A DNA stretch of 64,000 nucleotides from Bdellovibrionales bacterium (GCA_031426555.1 JANPLN010000015.1:160001-224000); one strand, 5' to 3'; counted from the first letter of the stretch, positions 10,045 through 20,079 are shown. Notes: generated by a model not told the origin, from the sequence alone. Program-made: numbers and translations.

Positions 10045-11619
10045 CTAGTGGCCATTCCGATTCAAATACGTCTCTTTAATATTTTTCCAAAATATTTTGG
10101 TAGATTGATGCTGAGGCTCAAAAATCCTGTGGGGGATGATTAGGATTTTGCCTTTTTGTTGTTGAACGATCATTAATGGTGCGTAAATTTTTTCAGGAAT
10201 ACTTAGTGGTGTTCTTACGATTTTGCCATAAGATTTTAGCTCAATATCCTGATGGCCTTGGCAACAACCTAAAAACGTACCTTCGGTTTGCATCTCTGCA
10301 TATCCCAACAAATCCACTGGCAGGCATCGACCGTTCATTAATTCGGAACACCAACCACCGTAAGAATCTTTTTTCAATACGGCTCCTAAACTCCAATCGG
10401 TCACTGAGTGCAGCTTTTCCGTGCTATCTAACTCAATGTTTTTTAATAAAGTATGCTTCTTATTAACAAAACGAAAAGGATGGCCACCGTTTTTTCGAGC
10501 GATGAAGGTCCTTCCATACTTTATCGAAGCACCAAAAAAACTTTCAATATCCCGGTGCGGCGATAAATCCGAAGCTAACTGGTTTTTATCAATCCCGTTC
10601 ATTGGGTCTATTGAAGGTTGAGGGAAAAAGAAGAAAGATTCATTTTTAGATAGTCTTATGGTGCGAAATGAAAATTCGTTGCCAACAAGAACAACAAAAC
10701 CTCCACGCTTAATGTATTGTTCGATTGTATCTATAAACTTTTTTGTAACATATTCTTGAACAGCGCTAAGAAAAACGACTTTGTACTTCTGTAATTGCTC
10801 TCCACTTAAATCTTCGAACTTCGTATTTGTAATAACGGAGGCAGATGATTGTTCATTGGCAAATAACGTGAGCCAGGAGAGCGTAAAATCAAAGTTCTTT
10901 TTGCGAAAGCCATTATCATCGAAATGAAAGTTTGCTTGTGGTCTTTTAAAAGAAAACTCAGTAGGCGCCTCTTTTTTGTTTGGAAAACGCCCCATTTTAT
11001 AAACGATATTCTTTGACATGTAAGCGTAAGGACTTGCGCCGGCATAGATATTATAGGCATTGATTGTATTCCAATCAAAAACGAACAGCACGTCTGCAGG
11101 ATTTTTATCATAAACAATAAAAGGGGCACCAAACGGCTTAACGGAATTTTCATTTTTTCGAACGGCAGAATAAACGCCTGATTTCCAAAGTCGAGAAATC
11201 TCGATAGACGCTACAGATTGCCAATTGCATCCCTTGTCGTAAGAGCACTGAGAATACGTGTTGTTCATTCGGTTGGCCGTAATCTTTGCGACGACTTCCT
11301 TGGGTTCAGGGTACAACCTAACAATCTGCAGGTCCTCCTGAGGCTCCTGCAACATAAAATAGAAATCAACTCTCTCTTCAGGCTGACCTTGATAGGGGAA
11401 AGCGTAACCACGATCGACTTCGTTTGGAAATACGTCTTTAAATTTATTCGCGGATTCTACTTGCTCTAGAGTCGGGTTTTCGTAAAGGAAATCAAAGTCT
11501 GACTTCATTTTCTGATGTGAGACTCGTTCACAGCTCGAATTGAGCAATCCCAAAACCGGCAAGATGAACCAAACAGAATAGGGATAAAAAAAGATTCGTT
11601 GAAATTTATTTGTAAGCAT
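10045..11619 (-). CDS. Putative lipoprotein with N,N-dimethylformamidase beta-subunit-like domain
   Basis: WKSGVY, NTINAYNIYAGASPY and FSFKRP resemble the TxxAYN..GxSxY / SFxRP motifs of that family; lipobox-like LLNSSC. Confidence 0.55.
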   Translation of the reverse strand: MLTNKFQRIFFYPYSVWFILPVLGLLNSSCERVSHQKMKSDFDFLYENPTLEQVESANKFKDVFPNEVDRGYAFPYQGQPEERVDFYFMLQEPQEDLQIVRLYPEPKEVVAKITANRMNNTYSQCSYDKGCNWQSVASIEISRLWKSGVYSAVRKNENSVKPFGAPFIVYDKNPADVLFVFDWNTINAYNIYAGASPYAYMSKNIVYKMGRFPNKKEAPTEFSFKRPQANFHFDDNGFRKKNFDFTLSWLTLFANEQSSASVITNTKFEDLSGEQLQKYKVVFLSAVQEYVTKKFIDTIEQYIKRGGFVVLVGNEFSFRTIRLSKNESFFFFPQPSIDPMNGIDKNQLASDLSPHRDIESFFGASIKYGRTFIARKNGGHPFRFVNKKHTLLKNIELDSTEKLHSVTDWSLGAVLKKDSYGGWCSELMNGRCLPVDLLGYAEMQTEGTFLGCCQGHQDIELKSYGKIVRTPLSIPEKIYAPLMIVQQQKGKILIIPHRIFEPQHQSTKIFWKNIKETYLNRNGH

Positions 11620-11633
11620 TTTTTGGAATGAAA

Positions 11634-12827
11634 TCAGACATCATCCGAAAAGAAGTGGCGAAAGTTGTCGGGAACAAGATGAAAAAAATCGTTTTTTCGA
11701 ATTAAATCGAATTTCTTTGTCTCAGCTAAAAAATGTCTCCAACGCACTAGATCTTCCGGGCCCTGCAGCCATTGAATCAACCTCTTGTAATGGAGTCCGG
11801 GTAGTTCCCGGTATTTTTCAATTAAAGCGTGCTTCATTTTTTGCGGAAGGATCTCTGCCGATAAATATTTAGGGGAGTCGAGAAAATTAAGTACTAGCCA
11901 CAGCTTTTTATGCGAGCACCAGTCCACAAGTTTTTCAATTTCAAAGATGCTGTAAATTTGTACAGTGCAGACAACCTTAATGATGGCGTTAGGTAGCTTT
12001 TCTTTTATTCGATCTATGGTGGCATTTGTTTTTTCCCACTTCGAGGGTGGGCGAATGTATTCACTGATTTCAGCGTAGCCATCGACGCTGCAGTCGATAA
12101 TAACATTTTTGAACTGGGCAGCTCGATCGATAAAGCGATCGTCAAAAAAGGAAAGATTTGTGCTCCATCGAACTGTCATATTCTTTGCTGCGCTAGTCTC
12201 TATTGCGAAGTCGAGTAGGGATAAGTGCGATTTAATAAGAGTGGGTTCGCCACCTAGAAAATAAATTTCCTCAGCATACGGGATGATCATTTTGAGCTCT
12301 TCGAAAAATTTAGGAAATTTTAGTAGGTCACTTGTCGCTTTTGAGTAAGCTAACCCAGCTTCTTTATCTTCCCAACCCTGCGAAATTGACTCCGCCATAA
12401 GTGCTGTGCTTGTGATTGAATCACACATTCGGCATTTTAAATTACAATTGCTGCCCAACTTGATATCCCAGGAGAGAGGTTTAAAGGCAAGCGAGTTGGT
12501 TTTTATTCTGTCCAATGTTTTTTCAAGGTATCGGTTTCCGTCGTGTATGCGCTTACTTCGAAATCCCAAAGATTCATGCTTCCAGCACAGATTACAACGT
12601 TCGTCTTGAATGCCATTGAGCAAATTCCTTCGCAGAGAATGCATATACTCGGATTCGTAAGCATCTTTAAATGTATGGCCCTTAAGAATATCGAAGGGTT
12701 CACCCTGATCATCACGAATAATGCCTTCGGCATGGCAACAGGCTTTCATTTTGCCGTCCATTTGGTTGCAGATGTGAACAAACGGCAGAGTGCAGAAAGT
12801 TTTTTCATTAACAAGTGAGGACATCAT
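11634..12827 (-). CDS. Radical SAM protein with N-terminal twitch domain (#1)
   Basis: FCTLPF..CC..CNLCW N-terminal Fe-S motif; CNLKCRMC; LGGEPT; STN; SVDG; YIR. Confidence 0.9.
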   Translation of the reverse strand: MMSSLVNEKTFCTLPFVHICNQMDGKMKACCHAEGIIRDDQGEPFDILKGHTFKDAYESEYMHSLRRNLLNGIQDERCNLCWKHESLGFRSKRIHDGNRYLEKTLDRIKTNSLAFKPLSWDIKLGSNCNLKCRMCDSITSTALMAESISQGWEDKEAGLAYSKATSDLLKFPKFFEELKMIIPYAEEIYFLGGEPTLIKSHLSLLDFAIETSAAKNMTVRWSTNLSFFDDRFIDRAAQFKNVIIDCSVDGYAEISEYIRPPSKWEKTNATIDRIKEKLPNAIIKVVCTVQIYSIFEIEKLVDWCSHKKLWLVLNFLDSPKYLSAEILPQKMKHALIEKYRELPGLHYKRLIQWLQGPEDLVRWRHFLAETKKFDLIRKNDFFHLVPDNFRHFFSDDV

Positions 12828-12945
12828 TGGATAATGATACTTTCTCTTTTTTTGAGCAATTGGAGATGCGACATAATGCGTGGCGTTTTTCGTTAGGGGT
12901 TGGTGTAATGAGTGAGAGTCTGTATTCTTTGACTAGGAAAGCCGC

Positions 12946-14202
12946 ATGCGATCAGAATTTTTAAAATTTACTAATGATTCATTACGAAAATCCAAGGTCG
13001 CCTTTATCATTTGGGACACCTACACGAACGGCAACAAAGCTGACCCCCAGATGGTAGACCTTTGCTTATCACTTATAGAGGTTCACCTCTACTTTATGAT
13101 CGATGGAAAAAGCGACAAAGTGAATCTGTTCAAAAGTGGCCATCAAACTTTTGCCAAGATCCGAGGCCTGGGTTACTCGTATGTTCTATGCCTCCATCCT
13201 GATACGCTGATAAAATGTGAAGGCGCCGTGGAAGAGTTGCTAGCACAGGTTCATCGGGATCCTCATCGTGGCGGTTATGGTTATAAAAAAGGGCACAAGC
13301 TTTTCGGTACGATTCTCTTGAATTTGGAACAGTGCGAACCGTCGGAAATTGATGGCTATTTAAAAACGAACTCTGTGTGTAGTCTTGTAGAAAAATACGT
13401 CTGTTCCGTTGCGGATAATTCCCAAAGGGAAATTCACTCCTCTCGAGCTGATTTAGCAGCGGGCGCAACCCAACTCGTGATTGTTCAGGAAGACACCGCA
13501 CTTAAAAAGCATTTGCAAGAAGGGTTCAATGTTTGTTTTGCCTTTAATACAGAGTCTTACGATGATATCGAAAAGTTTGAAGGGTTGCTCTCTGCCGAGC
13601 ACGTTGTTGGCTTTGCATCAGGCTTCAAATTGAATAGGATCGCTTGGAAGAGTAGGGAGACCTGTCTTAAATTGACCTTTGTTGATTTGAACGAAAACGC
13701 CTTAACATTTAAAAAAAGAATGTATACGGAATGGGATGGCTTTGATCTGCCCGCGTGGTTTCAAGCGAATTTTGCTGGGCAGCCTTTCTTTTACGAAAAA
13801 ACAGAAAGCCACTTTCAGGCAAGTTGGCAAAGGGAACTGTCGTTGTGGGGCGGGCAAAAAAATTTCGCCGAGCACTGGTCTTGGTTTAGAAATCTCCCTG
13901 TTACTTTTGAAAGAATAAATTTTTTGTTGGAGCCCGGTAAGTTGAGATTTATTCTTCAGCAAACGGAGAGTTCGCTTCTATGGTACAGTAACCTCTGGAA
14001 CAATGAGTATGTGGCCCATCTCTACGGGGTAAAACAGCTTGCTTCAGCGCAGCTACAATGGTTGGAAAAGGCTATTCCCGAAGATCTTTCTGTAACTCTT
14101 TTTCAAGATCCAATCAGAGTCGGCCCAAAAAAAATCTATTTGAGTGGCCAGCCTTCGATTGAGGCCATCAAAAGACTAAACGAAAGCCTTTCGGGTTTTT
14201 AA
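12946..14202 (+). CDS. Hypothetical protein, paralog of the C-terminal region of 16887-19109
   Basis: Shared motifs FNTE, D(L/V)N, KK..YT.WDG.D.PA, W..EL..WG, WYSN. Confidence 0.75.
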   Translation: MRSEFLKFTNDSLRKSKVAFIIWDTYTNGNKADPQMVDLCLSLIEVHLYFMIDGKSDKVNLFKSGHQTFAKIRGLGYSYVLCLHPDTLIKCEGAVEELLAQVHRDPHRGGYGYKKGHKLFGTILLNLEQCEPSEIDGYLKTNSVCSLVEKYVCSVADNSQREIHSSRADLAAGATQLVIVQEDTALKKHLQEGFNVCFAFNTESYDDIEKFEGLLSAEHVVGFASGFKLNRIAWKSRETCLKLTFVDLNENALTFKKRMYTEWDGFDLPAWFQANFAGQPFFYEKTESHFQASWQRELSLWGGQKNFAEHWSWFRNLPVTFERINFLLEPGKLRFILQQTESSLLWYSNLWNNEYVAHLYGVKQLASAQLQWLEKAIPEDLSVTLFQDPIRVGPKKIYLSGQPSIEAIKRLNESLSGF

Positions 14203-14925
14203 GTAAGCTAAATTAAACCAGCGTCGAAAAGGATGAGTGTTTTCAAAAGCCGACAACAACTCTCTAATATACTCTTTGTGAAAATTTCCATGCAGGCACT
14301 CTACAGTAATATGAAATCGATCCTCGTTGGATTGGTTCCACACCGAGTGGCGATTTGATAAGTCCAAAATATAAAATCCCCCGGGTTTTATGGGAATCAC
14401 TCCAAACTCTTCCATAGCAAAACGGCAGTCTTTTGGGGCGTTTAGGGCAACGGACAATGGGCCAAGACCTTTAGTGTTACGGTCACGATGGGGGCCTACA
14501 AATCCACCCGGCTCTACCAGCATAAAGCGAATGCGTTTGTATTTTTCGGCGGGGAAGATGTTTTGAAAATAGTTGGTTGCCACTGGACACAGCTTTGCGA
14601 TTTCGGTCCAGCGGTAGGTATTGGAGTCTTCCTGGAGATTGTAATCAAAATGACACATTGTTTTTTCGGCAGAAATCCCATGCAGGCAAATGGATTTCCA
14701 CCCTTTGTGTTGACTGGTCTCGCGATGCTCAACAAAAAGATGCTTTATACTTTTGGCCTCTCGTAGAATTTCATCTGTCGGGAAATCGCGCATAAAAAAC
14801 TCAAACCAGGGCATTTGTGATGGCGGAGTTAATTTGAGATTTTGGTCAAAAGGTAAATCCCCAAATGAGGATGGTCCGACTTTTTTGCTGAAGAAAAATT
14901 TTTCTACGTCTTCAATGGGCGTCAT
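14176..14925 (-). CDS. Aspartyl/asparaginyl beta-hydroxylase-like 2OG-Fe(II) dioxygenase
   Basis: CP..T, RIRFMLVEPGG, HRD (HxD), distal HSVWN, DRFHI. Confidence 0.8.
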   Translation of the reverse strand: MTPIEDVEKFFFSKKVGPSSFGDLPFDQNLKLTPPSQMPWFEFFMRDFPTDEILREAKSIKHLFVEHRETSQHKGWKSICLHGISAEKTMCHFDYNLQEDSNTYRWTEIAKLCPVATNYFQNIFPAEKYKRIRFMLVEPGGFVGPHRDRNTKGLGPLSVALNAPKDCRFAMEEFGVIPIKPGGFYILDLSNRHSVWNQSNEDRFHITVECLHGNFHKEYIRELLSAFENTHPFRRWFNLAYLKTRKAFV

Positions 14926-15439
14926 AGGGCTCCCGCATTACGTCGGAATTCATGAGTAGAACCGCGAAAAGGCTCACGAAAAGACAGAGCCATTCAACAT
15001 GAATATGGAAAGACGTGTATTTTAAAAGCCCAAAAAAGGAGGCTGCGAGAAATCCAAAGCAAATGAGTCTGGCAGAACCTGAATTGGTAAAAAATAATTT
15101 CAGTTTATTAAGCATGCGTAGAGTAAGTTCTGGCGCTAAACTAACGACGAGGTGAACATAAAAATAGAGGAATAGACTCCAGTTTTGGAAGGCAAAGGTT
15201 TCTTTCCACACAAAAAACAAACTCGCACACGAAAAAATTCTTAAAAAAAGACTTGCTGGGAAGAGCGCAACTAAAAAATAACCGCCCCAAAAACAAGTCA
15301 TTTTTAGGCTGAGGATTCTCCAGTCTATCATAGACTGTGCCAAATTTCTCCAATGCACGATCGTAGCTAAATGCACATGACCGGCGAGAAAGGCGAAGTA
15401 GATGGATAAAAAAAGATGGGCCTGAGGTTTAAGATGCAT
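14912..15439 (-). CDS. Integral membrane hypothetical protein
   Basis: Several hydrophobic segments; overlaps both co-directional neighbours. Confidence 0.6.
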   Translation of the reverse strand: MHLKPQAHLFLSIYFAFLAGHVHLATIVHWRNLAQSMIDWRILSLKMTCFWGGYFLVALFPASLFLRIFSCASLFFVWKETFAFQNWSLFLYFYVHLVVSLAPELTLRMLNKLKLFFTNSGSARLICFGFLAASFFGLLKYTSFHIHVEWLCLFVSLFAVLLMNSDVMREPYDAH

Positions 15440-16427
15440 TTTTTGGAGTCCTTATCAGCCAAACAAAGGGTGGCAGGCGAAACAGCTGCTTTAAAGCTGC
15501 AAATACTTTTCTTGGCCGGTCGAAGGGGGAGAGGAAGAAGACGATCGCAACCGGGGCTGCCATTGCAGAAAAATTAACTCCAAAAAATAAAAAAGTTCCA
15601 AGATGAAAGATAAGCCGTAAAAAGCCAAATGTCCTGTGCAAGTTAAGTCGAAAGGCAAAGTGGAAGGAAGCAAGGTGTATCCAAATCGTTGCCATATAAG
15701 AAACAAAGCTTAACCATGGGTATTTATAAAAAGCGTCGCGCCACGGGGCAAACTGGTGGTAGAAAATAGCTTCGCGCGCAGAAATATTAGTGAGTATCCA
15801 CCGATCCAGTTGGCATTGAAGGTTTGAGTCGAAAGCGCAACGAAGAATACTTGTCACCTTCCAAAAACCGCTCATCGCATAAAACGTGCAAACCATCAGC
15901 TGGACAAACCAGACACTGAGTAAAATTTTATGGCGATGAATCCTTTGACTCTGCGAAGGCGGCCCGCGCCCTGAAAGGGGTAGCAGGCAAAACAGCATAG
16001 ACATCCAAAGAAAGCCGTGGTGGTTATTACTAAAATGTCCGTCGGAATTAATGATCGCGACCATAAAAAAAACAGCCATCGCCTGAAGCAGACGAACCAA
16101 TTGGGTCTCAAAGAAAAAGACCAAAAATAGAGAACTAAAAATCCACGCCCATAAAATAGTCGGTACTAAATACTGCAGCTGTGCCGGCTGGAGTGGGCCA
16201 AACACCCAAAGCGGTCTATAGAACACTTTGTTTCCGTAAAGAGACATAAAGTTATGATAGGAGCTTACGGCGATGATGAATGAGTAGCCGTAAAACGCCC
16301 GTAAGAGAACAATCAATTTTCGAAAGTTGGTAGAATGAGCAGCAAAAAGGCCCTCATCGAGATAAAAAAACTTTTGGCCTCGTAAGGAGCGTATGATTAT
16401 TTTTAGGTAGTTATTGATTGGATTCAT
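15429..16427 (-). CDS. HTTM-like polytopic membrane protein (copy A)
   Basis: Multiple TM helices; GHFSNNHHG, FYAMSGFWK, FHLGTFLFFGVNF, resembling the HTTM Y..(S/A)G..K and FH....F signatures. Confidence 0.6.
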   Translation of the reverse strand: MNPINNYLKIIIRSLRGQKFFYLDEGLFAAHSTNFRKLIVLLRAFYGYSFIIAVSSYHNFMSLYGNKVFYRPLWVFGPLQPAQLQYLVPTILWAWIFSSLFLVFFFETQLVRLLQAMAVFFMVAIINSDGHFSNNHHGFLWMSMLFCLLPLSGRGPPSQSQRIHRHKILLSVWFVQLMVCTFYAMSGFWKVTSILRCAFDSNLQCQLDRWILTNISAREAIFYHQFAPWRDAFYKYPWLSFVSYMATIWIHLASFHFAFRLNLHRTFGFLRLIFHLGTFLFFGVNFSAMAAPVAIVFFLSPFDRPRKVFAALKQLFRLPPFVWLIRTPKNAS

Positions 16428-16878
16428 GTTTTCCTAAAAATTTTTCGTCGATGAGTTCGTTCTTCCAAAAAAAGTCTATGGGATTAAATAACTGCTCACG
16501 GATTTCCCAAACCACAACATCGTGTGGGTGGTCTAAAGTAAATAGTCGATCAAATTCGAGGACGACATTCTTTCGAGCCTCTTTGTCACCGGCATAGTCC
16601 TGCACTTTTTTCGTAAATTCATAAATTCTTATTCGCGGGAACATTTTTTCGATAAAAATGGATCCTCTTTGAGGAGGGTTGAATATTTTGTTGTCTATTT
16701 GATGAATGTAGATTTCGCGGTTAACAAGGTACTTGTCTGGCTGAGTGTGAAAAATCCGCCAGGTGTAGGCGGGGTAAAGATTGATGTTGCCAGTGATCCA
16801 TTCGAAAAACATGGAAAAAATTAATTGTAAAACTACAAACAAAACCATGAAAAACTTTATTCGTTTAAGGTCTTTCAT
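16411..16878 (-). CDS. Small membrane-anchored partner of the HTTM-like protein (copy A)
   Basis: N-terminal TM segment followed by YPAYTWRIF; likely ATG at 16878. Confidence 0.6.
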   Translation of the reverse strand: MKDLKRIKFFMVLFVVLQLIFSMFFEWITGNINLYPAYTWRIFHTQPDKYLVNREIYIHQIDNKIFNPPQRGSIFIEKMFPRIRIYEFTKKVQDYAGDKEARKNVVLEFDRLFTLDHPHDVVVWEIREQLFNPIDFFWKNELIDEKFLGKHESNQ

Positions 16879-16886
16879 TTTAGCAC

Positions 16887-19109
16887 CTAACAAAAGACGT
16901 TATTGATGTCGACACCAAAGCCTGGCACCTTAAAGCTCTCAACAACATCTTCGCCGTAAACAGTAATTTTTAAATTATTTTTTTTCGAAAGTCGCAAAAG
17001 AGAATTCATAAAGGTGACGCCCGAGGCGCGTAATGCATCCATATTCCATCCCAGCATGGCGAGACTTGGCGTATAATTGAAACAGTTGCTGTACCAGAGG
17101 GCGACATGCAGGTTTTTGTACTTTTCTAATTCAGTCATTAAAAGCTCGGAGGAACTCACGATATTGGTTTGAAGGTAAGTTTTTTTAAGGGGTTTGATCT
17201 GGTTGAAAGTTTTTAAAAAAAGAGTTTCGTTCCCCCAAATTTCTAGCTCCTGCTCCCATTTGCAGAGCAACTGATCTCGATCCACTGTCATAAGTTTATT
17301 TTCGAATATCTCGGGCCTGCGGCTTTCGAGCTGCCGCCAAAACGCGGGAAAGTCTTTGCCATCCCACTGAGTATAGAATTCTTTTTTTATTTCCAGCATG
17401 CTTTGGTTAACGTCGAAGTAAATAAATTGAGCGTTTTCGTTAAGCTGATGTCTTTGGGTGAGATGCATATCCATCTGCCCCGCAGGCAAACCGACGTACA
17501 AATCAAATTTTTTAATGCGGTCTTCCTGGTAGGGGGAGCGCGCCTGTTCCGTGTTGAATAAGAAAATTTTTTTATCGAGCCCGTAGGCCTCGATATGCAG
17601 GCTCTCAAAAATTTCCTCTTGGTGATCGCTGAGTTTATTTTTATTTCTGAGTGCTTCTAACGGCTGCTGAATTTGGTTAAATCTTTCTAGGAGTGAACTT
17701 TGATTTTGCTCAGGGTATAAAAACTGTTTTTTTTCTCGAAGATCGTTGGGAAAATTGACCAATTCGTAATTTGCGGACAGGGCAGCCCTTACCCAATTCC
17801 AACCAAACAGTTGTGGGCGAAAGGTCTGCGAACCCGGTGCTGTACGTAAATACAAAGGAGTGTAGTCATCATGCACGTTTTCGGCGCTTCGTTCAGCCAG
17901 AGGTAATTTTTGAGACTGAGTGGGACCGCCAAAGTGAGGGCGTCCCAATTTTTCCCAGAGCTCAACATTAATAAAAAAGGCCTGCGCATGCAGTCCAAAC
18001 CATCGGTCAGCTCGATCGAGAAGATGTCCGACTAAAAAGACATTTTCGGAAAGATCGCGCAAAAAAGTTCTGGCACACGAATAAAACTGATCTTTTAATA
18101 GAGTTCCGGGTGTACAGACAAATGCCCACTTGGTGCCCATTTCGGAACAACGAGCCAGTAAGTCTGAAAGTTGCACACCCGCAGATAGCCGATGTTGTCG
18201 ATTGGCTTTCAGTCGCATAAAATGTTCTGTGATATTTGCACACTTATTGAAGAGGTCTGCGTTTGAAATTTCTGGATTGTATTTCCAGAGAATATTCGCG
18301 AAGGCGGTAGGATCTGGTTTTTTCTCGTTGATCATCGGAGTTTTAACGATCGAGTGCTTACTGAGTTCCCGGCGCCTTAGGCTGACGCTTTCAGCAATTT
18401 TGTTATAATAATTCGCACCATAGCGTCCGTGTAAAATAAGATGAACGCGCGTTTCTTTCGAAAAATTCCATACTCCGTGTTGATTGGAAATATCGACAGC
18501 ATATCCGCTGCCGGGTTCAAAGGGAACTGTTCCCCAATTTTTAAAAACCCAGTGGCATTCAGGTGGCATATTCAAGGCCACGTTCAGCGGACCCAAGGAT
18601 TTGTTATGATCATCGCGATCTTGATGGAAGTTAATTCGACCACCAGGTTCAAGGTACATAAAGCGAACCCGATGAAATCGCTCGAAATGCTCAGTTTGCA
18701 GGAGGTCTTTTAAAAAGCGTGTTGTTTCAGGGCACTGTTCACTGATTTCTGTCCATCGATAAGGTGCTTCCAATTCCGAAGAGTAGCCATATCGGTCTGA
18801 GGAAAGCGTTTTATCCGAAGCAATGCCATGCAGGCATAAGCTCTTCCAGCCGTAGTTGTCTTTGGAGCGGTGACCCACGGCGCGTGACTCCAGCTCCAAG
18901 GCTTCTTTGAGCATTTGCTCGTGGCTAAAAGCGGGAAGAGAAAGTTTTAAAAAGGGAATCTGCAATTTTTTATGAAGTTCTTGACCAGAGATGCCATCGG
19001 CAAAAAGCTTTATTCGTTCCGCTGTAAAGGCCTCTGTCATGGCGTTTAGCGGCAAGTAAGTATCGACCACGAATTGCTCGCTGACGGAATCAGTTAGAAT
19101 CTCTTGCAT
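16887..19109 (-). CDS. Fusion of an Asp/Asn beta-hydroxylase-like dioxygenase and an uncharacterised C-terminal region
   Basis: N-terminal WKSLCLHG, RVRFMYLEPGG, HQD, HGVWN, RVHL; C-terminal part homologous to 12946-14202. Confidence 0.8.
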   Translation of the reverse strand: MQEILTDSVSEQFVVDTYLPLNAMTEAFTAERIKLFADGISGQELHKKLQIPFLKLSLPAFSHEQMLKEALELESRAVGHRSKDNYGWKSLCLHGIASDKTLSSDRYGYSSELEAPYRWTEISEQCPETTRFLKDLLQTEHFERFHRVRFMYLEPGGRINFHQDRDDHNKSLGPLNVALNMPPECHWVFKNWGTVPFEPGSGYAVDISNQHGVWNFSKETRVHLILHGRYGANYYNKIAESVSLRRRELSKHSIVKTPMINEKKPDPTAFANILWKYNPEISNADLFNKCANITEHFMRLKANRQHRLSAGVQLSDLLARCSEMGTKWAFVCTPGTLLKDQFYSCARTFLRDLSENVFLVGHLLDRADRWFGLHAQAFFINVELWEKLGRPHFGGPTQSQKLPLAERSAENVHDDYTPLYLRTAPGSQTFRPQLFGWNWVRAALSANYELVNFPNDLREKKQFLYPEQNQSSLLERFNQIQQPLEALRNKNKLSDHQEEIFESLHIEAYGLDKKIFLFNTEQARSPYQEDRIKKFDLYVGLPAGQMDMHLTQRHQLNENAQFIYFDVNQSMLEIKKEFYTQWDGKDFPAFWRQLESRRPEIFENKLMTVDRDQLLCKWEQELEIWGNETLFLKTFNQIKPLKKTYLQTNIVSSSELLMTELEKYKNLHVALWYSNCFNYTPSLAMLGWNMDALRASGVTFMNSLLRLSKKNNLKITVYGEDVVESFKVPGFGVDINNVFC

Positions 19110-19194
19110 TGAAAGTCGTCCCCCGGTGTTTCTGTGAAAAATAGTAGAGCGATTTTAGAAAAAATGATATTAAATTTAAGCGAAGGGAGCGTAT

Positions 19195-20079
19195 TTGCTA
19201 AGCCAATTTTCATTAAATCCAAACCTCAAAAACCCCTTTGTCGAGTTTGATTTGACTCACTCGGATATTTTGGCACCGAGTCGAGAGCTCGTAGATAGTT
19301 TACAAAATAACTTCGAAGATGGGAACATTCTGATTATTGAGGGGTTGGTCCCCGAATCGTTAGAATATTTTTTAGATCAGCCGGCGGTGCGTTTTTCGGA
19401 ATGGGTTCCCCCGGTCGAAGATCATGAAATTTTAAACGACAACATTCTTTCGACCCACCCGTTCTGGGCTTTTTATCCCCACGAGCCTACGATTCGTCGT
19501 TTTCAGCACCACCTGCGTCTCTTTCAGGAAAGTTGGGAGCCATTACAGAAAAACCTGTTTCCTCGATACGAATATAAGAGGCGCTACTGGAGCTGGCGCA
19601 TGAATCAAATGGATTTGGGCTATCTTCATCTTGATGTTCCACCTTTGTACAAAGAGCACCAAATGCGGAGCTTTATGAATTTGAGTCGCAGAGCAAGAAT
19701 CATTGAGGTCGGGCCAAGTTTAGAGAGCTTGATCGCAAAATACTATTCCTCTGAAAAGCTGGATGAGCTAAAGCATCTGAACGCAACAGATTACCTGCAG
19801 GAAATTAAGAGTCGTTTGTTTAAAAAATTGAAGCTCGATGAACATTATCTTCCCCGACACGTCTTGCGTTTGGCTCCCGGGGCAATTTGGATCAGTCATT
19901 CGTCGCTCATCACCCATGGCATTGTTTACGGCGAAAAAACTGTTTGTTTGGAAACAAGAATACCGGCCGAGCAAATTCGAAAAAAAGAACGAATTTTTAG
20001 TAGAATTTTAGAAGATGTGAAACACCAGAGAAGTTCCACTTGCGACGATTTTAAGGTGCATCAAGCACAGTCTCCTTGA
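19195..20079 (+). CDS. Kdo hydroxylase (KdoO)-like Fe(II) dioxygenase
   Basis: SWR, LHLD, MRSFMNL, R..EVGP, PGAIWI..S...HG match the KdoO-family pattern LH(V)D / R.F.N / PG..W....SHA; TTG start with AGGGAG RBS. Confidence 0.6.
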   Translation: MLSQFSLNPNLKNPFVEFDLTHSDILAPSRELVDSLQNNFEDGNILIIEGLVPESLEYFLDQPAVRFSEWVPPVEDHEILNDNILSTHPFWAFYPHEPTIRRFQHHLRLFQESWEPLQKNLFPRYEYKRRYWSWRMNQMDLGYLHLDVPPLYKEHQMRSFMNLSRRARIIEVGPSLESLIAKYYSSEKLDELKHLNATDYLQEIKSRLFKKLKLDEHYLPRHVLRLAPGAIWISHSSLITHGIVYGEKTVCLETRIPAEQIRKKERIFSRILEDVKHQRSSTCDDFKVHQAQSP

